Shown here: piece after piece, positions 50,144 through 54,607 of the stretch
Numbering within the stretch: position 1 is the first letter of the stretch
Layout of the letters: every line of letters starts with the position of its first letter
NCBI RefSeq assembly: GCF_001194135.2
Contig: NC_069001.1
Span: 9,003,824-9,058,430 of the forward strand
Length of the DNA stretch: 54,607 nt
Direction: 5' to 3'
Origin: Octopus bimaculoides
Taxonomy: Eukaryota
Position numbers and translations under genes: made by a program
The notes under the pieces: generated by a model
Told to the model about the DNA's origin: nothing
The model's input: the letters and a program-made list of their open reading frames with translations, nothing else
The model's database searches: none

Positions 50144-50344
50144 GATTGCTGTTGTTTATTTTCTTTGTTAATATTCTTGTTAATGGGTTTCCCCTTGTTT
50201 TAATGTAATTATAAATCGCAGCTTTTTTTTTTTTATCCTTTTATTTTTCGTCTAATAGCTTTTTCAAAATTGTTACAGCTTCGAGAAAGAAATCCTGTGT
50301 AGGTACAGCTCTAAAGCACCGGTGACCACTTCGACGTCTCTGCC

Positions 50345-50386
50345 AACTGCGGAAGATTACGCGGTCCTAAACATCTTATATATATC
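50345..50386 (-). promoter_or_regulatory. Putative core promoter of the IF gene (TATA box plus Inr-like)
   Basis: Minus-strand TATATAAG at 50382-50375, GCAGTT about 32-34 nt downstream (A at 50348), about 200 nt upstream of the ATG. Confidence 0.5.
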
Positions 50387-51190
50387 GGCGAGGAGTTTGT
50401 CGCAAGGGTAGCGTTATAGATAAGGAGAGAGAGAGGGAGAGAGAGTAGGAAGAGGAACAAAATGAGGAGAAGGAATAAAATGAGAAAGTAGGAAAGAAGC
50501 TGACTGAGCAGGAGAGAGGGAGGGAGGGAGAGACAGAGAGAGAGAATTGGAGTGAAGATGTGAGAGAAAGGAGGAGAAGCGGAGAGAGGAGTAGTAGGGA
50601 AGGTGACAGAAGGCGAAAGAGGACGAAAGAGGAAAGTGAGGGAGGGGTAGGGATGGAGGACAGAAGAGAGTGGCAGGGGGAGGAGAAACAATAGAAGAGA
50701 ATAAAAAAAATATCTAACAACCTGTGACAAGTCTGCAGAACACACGCACACACAAGCACACACACGCACACGCACACGCACACACGCACAGTGCACTCAT
50801 ATACAAGCACACGCATAAACATATACATACACACGTGTGCAAAAACACATAGACATACAATAGGACACACAGAACACATATACACTCGCACAAACACACA
50901 CGCGCACACGCACGCACACGCATGCATACACATACACAAATACACATACTTACAGAAACACACCCACAGAGAGAAACATGCACGCGCACACACATACACA
51001 TGCACACACATTCATAAACACCAGATGCACATACACACACATATATTCAGGAAGAATCACATACACATATTGACAGAAATACATACATACAAGAACAAGC
51101 ACACGCACACATACACTTTCAGAAACAAGGACACACACACACACACATACTCGGATAAATATGAACACATACATACAAATATGGAAAGAG

Positions 51191-51230
<40 letters not shown>

Positions 51231-51279
51231 GTCTGTCTATCTATCTATCTATCTATCTATCTGTCTATCTGTCTATCTG

Positions 51280-51336
<57 letters not shown>

Positions 51337-51374
51337 TTATCTATCTATCTGTCTGTCTGTCTATCTATCTATCT
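51191..51374. repeat. (ATCT)n microsatellite with TGTC variants
   Basis: Directly visible. Confidence 0.95.
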
Positions 51375-51439
51375 GGCTAGCTGGCTATCTGTATACATAC
51401 ATACTTATATATTTTTGATTTTTATCGTTAAGTTTTTAT

Positions 51440-51635
51440 TGCAGCCATTAGACTGCGGCCATGGTGTAGCACCGACTTGAAGAATTTTCGTCGAAATAAT
51501 CGACCCTAACGCTTATATGTTTACAAGTCCGGTACTTATTCTGTCGGTTACATCTTGCCGAACCGCTGCCTTATGGGGAACGTAAGCACCAAGACAACGG
51601 TTGACAAATGGTGGTGAGGAACGAACACACACACA
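51440..51635 (-). mobile_element. SINE-B 3' half, degenerate
   Basis: CATTAGACTGCGGCCATGGTGTAGCACCG..GGTACTTATTCT..GCCGAACCGCT. Confidence 0.7.
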
Positions 51636-52425
51636 CACTCAAATGCGTACACTCAATTGCACACCCAAAAAGAAAAGCACGTGTACGTACACACATACAC
51701 AAACACACACACGCACACACACATACACACACACACATACACACACACACTCGCTATATAGACTAACAAATGTTGACTAAAAATCTGATAAGAAAAAGTT
51801 ACGTATACATATATGCGTGTGCGTATATATCTATGTATCTATATTTATTTATGTTTATATACGTGTATGTATGTATATATGTGAATATATAATATAATAT
51901 ATATATAGTTATTAATATTTCTAAGTCTCTCTAATTTTGGGACTGCCATGTTGGCTTGGCGATAACTATTAATATATATATATATGTAAATATATAAATA
52001 TATACACATATATGAATATATATATATACACAAATATATATATAAATATATATATGTATATATATTCATATATATATATTATACGTATATGTATAAATAT
52101 AAATATATATATATATATATGACATATATGTATATATATATATATATTATACATATGTGTGTGTATATATATATANNNNNNNNNNNNNNNNNNNNNNNNN
52201 NNNNNNNNNNNNNNNNNNNNNNNNNNNNNNNNNNNNNNNNNNNNNNNNNNNNNNNNNNNNNNNNNNNNNNNNNNNNNNNNNNNNNNNNNNNNNNNNNNNN
52301 NNNNNNNNNNNNNNNNNNNNNNNNNNNNNNNNNNNNNNNNNNNNNNNNNNNNNNNNNNNNNNNNNNNNNNNNNNNNNNNNNNNNNNNNNNNNNNNNNNNN
52401 NNNNNNNNNNNNNNNNNNNNNNNNN

Positions 52426-52480
<55 letters not shown>

Positions 52481-52705
52481 CATATAATACTTACATGTAC
52501 ACACACACACACACACACATGTATATAAATGCTATAGGAAATCAGGAAAAGCGGACCGAAGCGAATAGTAGATGATGGTAATGACAACGTACATATAAAA
52601 GTAAGTAGATAGGCGTACACACACACGTATGCACAAAAAGACACACACATACATACACATATATACATGTATGTATGTATGCATCTATGTATGTATATAT
52701 TTATG

Positions 52706-52746
<41 letters not shown>

Positions 52747-52779
52747 CTTCACACACACACACACACACATATATATACA

Positions 52780-53374
52780 CAGTAATACATCACTTTACGA
52801 GGATCTGCTTTACGAGGATCTGCTTTACGAGACCGCGGGTTTACGAGTTTTATTTTTCAAACACAAGATCCAAATTTTGAACAAAGTGCATAAATTTCCA
52901 CTACCTTAACTGCTGCTACTGCGCGTTACCGAGAAATCCATAGTGAGCGAAAAAAAGCTCCTAAGCAAACGGCGCTTTACCTTTTTTGAAAGAGAAATCT
53001 ACAAGTCTGTCTACGAGTGCTTGTGAATCAGCGATTGTGTCTCCGTGTCATGGTGTGTGCAAGTCTAATACGAGTGAAAGTGATTCAGAAAACGATAATA
53101 ATAATAATAATATTTTTTAATTACAAATGATCTTGACATGCTTTTTGATATATATATATATATATATATATAATATTCTTTACATTCTACGCTTGGTTTA
53201 TTGCCCTTAATTGACGAGTATTATAAATCTTATGAGTAAAATATTTTTCTGGGAATGAATTACGATTTATAACTACTATTGCTACTATGAAAAATTATTG
53301 CTCTGTTTTATGAGCTTTCGCTTTACGAGCGGTCTATGGGAACAAATTAACTCGTATATCGAGGCATTACTGTA
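52780..53374 (+). mobile_element. pogo/Tigger-like non-autonomous element upstream of the IF promoter
   Basis: TIRs CAGTAATACATCACTTTACGAG and CTCGTATATCGAGGCATTACTG-TA (17/22); relic RYREIHSERKKAPKQTALYLF (Tigger C-terminus-like) at 52921-52990; subterminal TTTACGAG repeats. Confidence 0.72.
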
Positions 53375-54271
53375 CATATATATATANNNNNNNNNNNNNN
53401 NNNNNNNNNNNNNNNNNNNNNNNNNNNNNNNNNNNNNNNNNNNNNNNNNNNNNNNNNNNNNNNNNNNNNNNNNNNNNNNNNNNNNNNNNNNNNNNNNNNN
53501 NNNNNNNNNNNNNNNNNNNNNNNNNNNNNNNNNNNNNNNNNNNNNNNNNNNNNNNNNNNNNNNNNNNNNNNNNNNNNNNNNNNNNNNNNNNNNNNNNNNN
53601 NNNNNNNNNNNNNNNNNNNNNNNNNNNNNNNNNNNNNNNNNNNNNNNNNNNNNNNNNNNNNNNNNNNNNNNNNNNNNNNNNNNNNNNNNNNNNNNNNNNN
53701 NNNNNNNNNNNNNNNNNNNNNNNNNNNNNNNNNNNNNNNNNNNNNNNNNNNNNNNNNNNNNNNNNNNNNNNNNNNNNNNNNNNNNNNNNNNNNNNNNNNN
53801 NNNNNNNNNNNNNNNNNNNNNNNNNNNNNNNNNNNNNNNNNNNNNNNNNNNNNNNNNNNNNNNNNNNNNNNNNNNNNNNNNNNNNNNNNNNNNNNNNNNN
53901 NNNNNNNNNNNNNNNNNNNNNNNNNNNNNNNNNNNNNNNNNNNNNNNNNNNNNNNNNNNNNNNNNNNNNNNNNNNNNNNNNNNNNNNNNNNNNNNNNNNN
54001 NNNNNNNNNNNNNNNNNNNNNNNNNNNNNNNNNNNNNNNNNNNNNNNNNNNNNNNNNNNNNNNNNNNNNNNNNNNNNNNNNNNNNNNNNNNNNNNNNNNN
54101 NNNNNNNNNNNNNNNNNNNNNNNNNNNNNNNNNNNNNNNNNNNNNNNNNNNNNNNNNNNNNNNNNNNNNNNNNNNNNNNNNNNNNNNNNNNNNNNNNNNN
54201 NNNNNNNNNNNNNNNNNNNNNNNNNNNNNNNNNNNNNNNNNNNNNNNNNNNNNNNNNNNNNNNNNNNNNNN

Positions 54272-54346
<75 letters not shown>

Positions 54347-54522
54347 CACGCATAAAAAACATACATACATACATACATACATATGCACATACGTTCGGAC
54401 GCATTACTTTCATATACTGCGAATGTTTTCGATCGATCTTATTGATCTCAGTACTTACTTCAGACTGCTAGTTACTTTTATCGATATCCATTATGAAATG
54501 GTCAAAGTTAACTTCTCGACAG

Positions 54523-54601
<79 letters not shown>

Positions 54602-54607
54602 TATATA

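Overview
Eukaryotic, very AT- and microsatellite-rich scaffold sequence with 13 N-gaps. Repeat content and the protein strongly suggest an octopus or other coleoid cephalopod; this is inferred, not database-checked. The one clear gene is a minus-strand, roughly 33-kb cytoplasmic intermediate filament (IF) gene of the protostome type (long coil 1b, lamin-tail domain, no NLS or CaaX), most like the Helix non-neuronal IF. Ten coding exons join in frame with GT-AG sites from ATG 50143 to TAA 16913, giving 534 aa. An eleventh exon in the middle of the lamin-tail domain is absent and probably lies in an N-gap. The rest is interspersed repeats: three tRNA-derived SINE families (here A, B, C), R4/Dong-like, RTE and Penelope-like retroelement relics, Tc1/mariner, pogo and hAT-like DNA elements, and simple repeats. 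The most notable observations are a 5S rRNA copy fused to the SINE-B 3' tail (candidate 5S-derived SINE or chimeric retrocopy) and a possible tail-less IF isoform using a LINE-supplied poly(A) signal. Also notable are a near-perfect minimal hammerhead ribozyme next to a Penelope relic and two R4-like LINEs truncated at almost the same codon inside (AAT)n tracts. No searches were run, so family names come from recalled motifs. Most ORF-track entries are microsatellite or N-gap artefacts.
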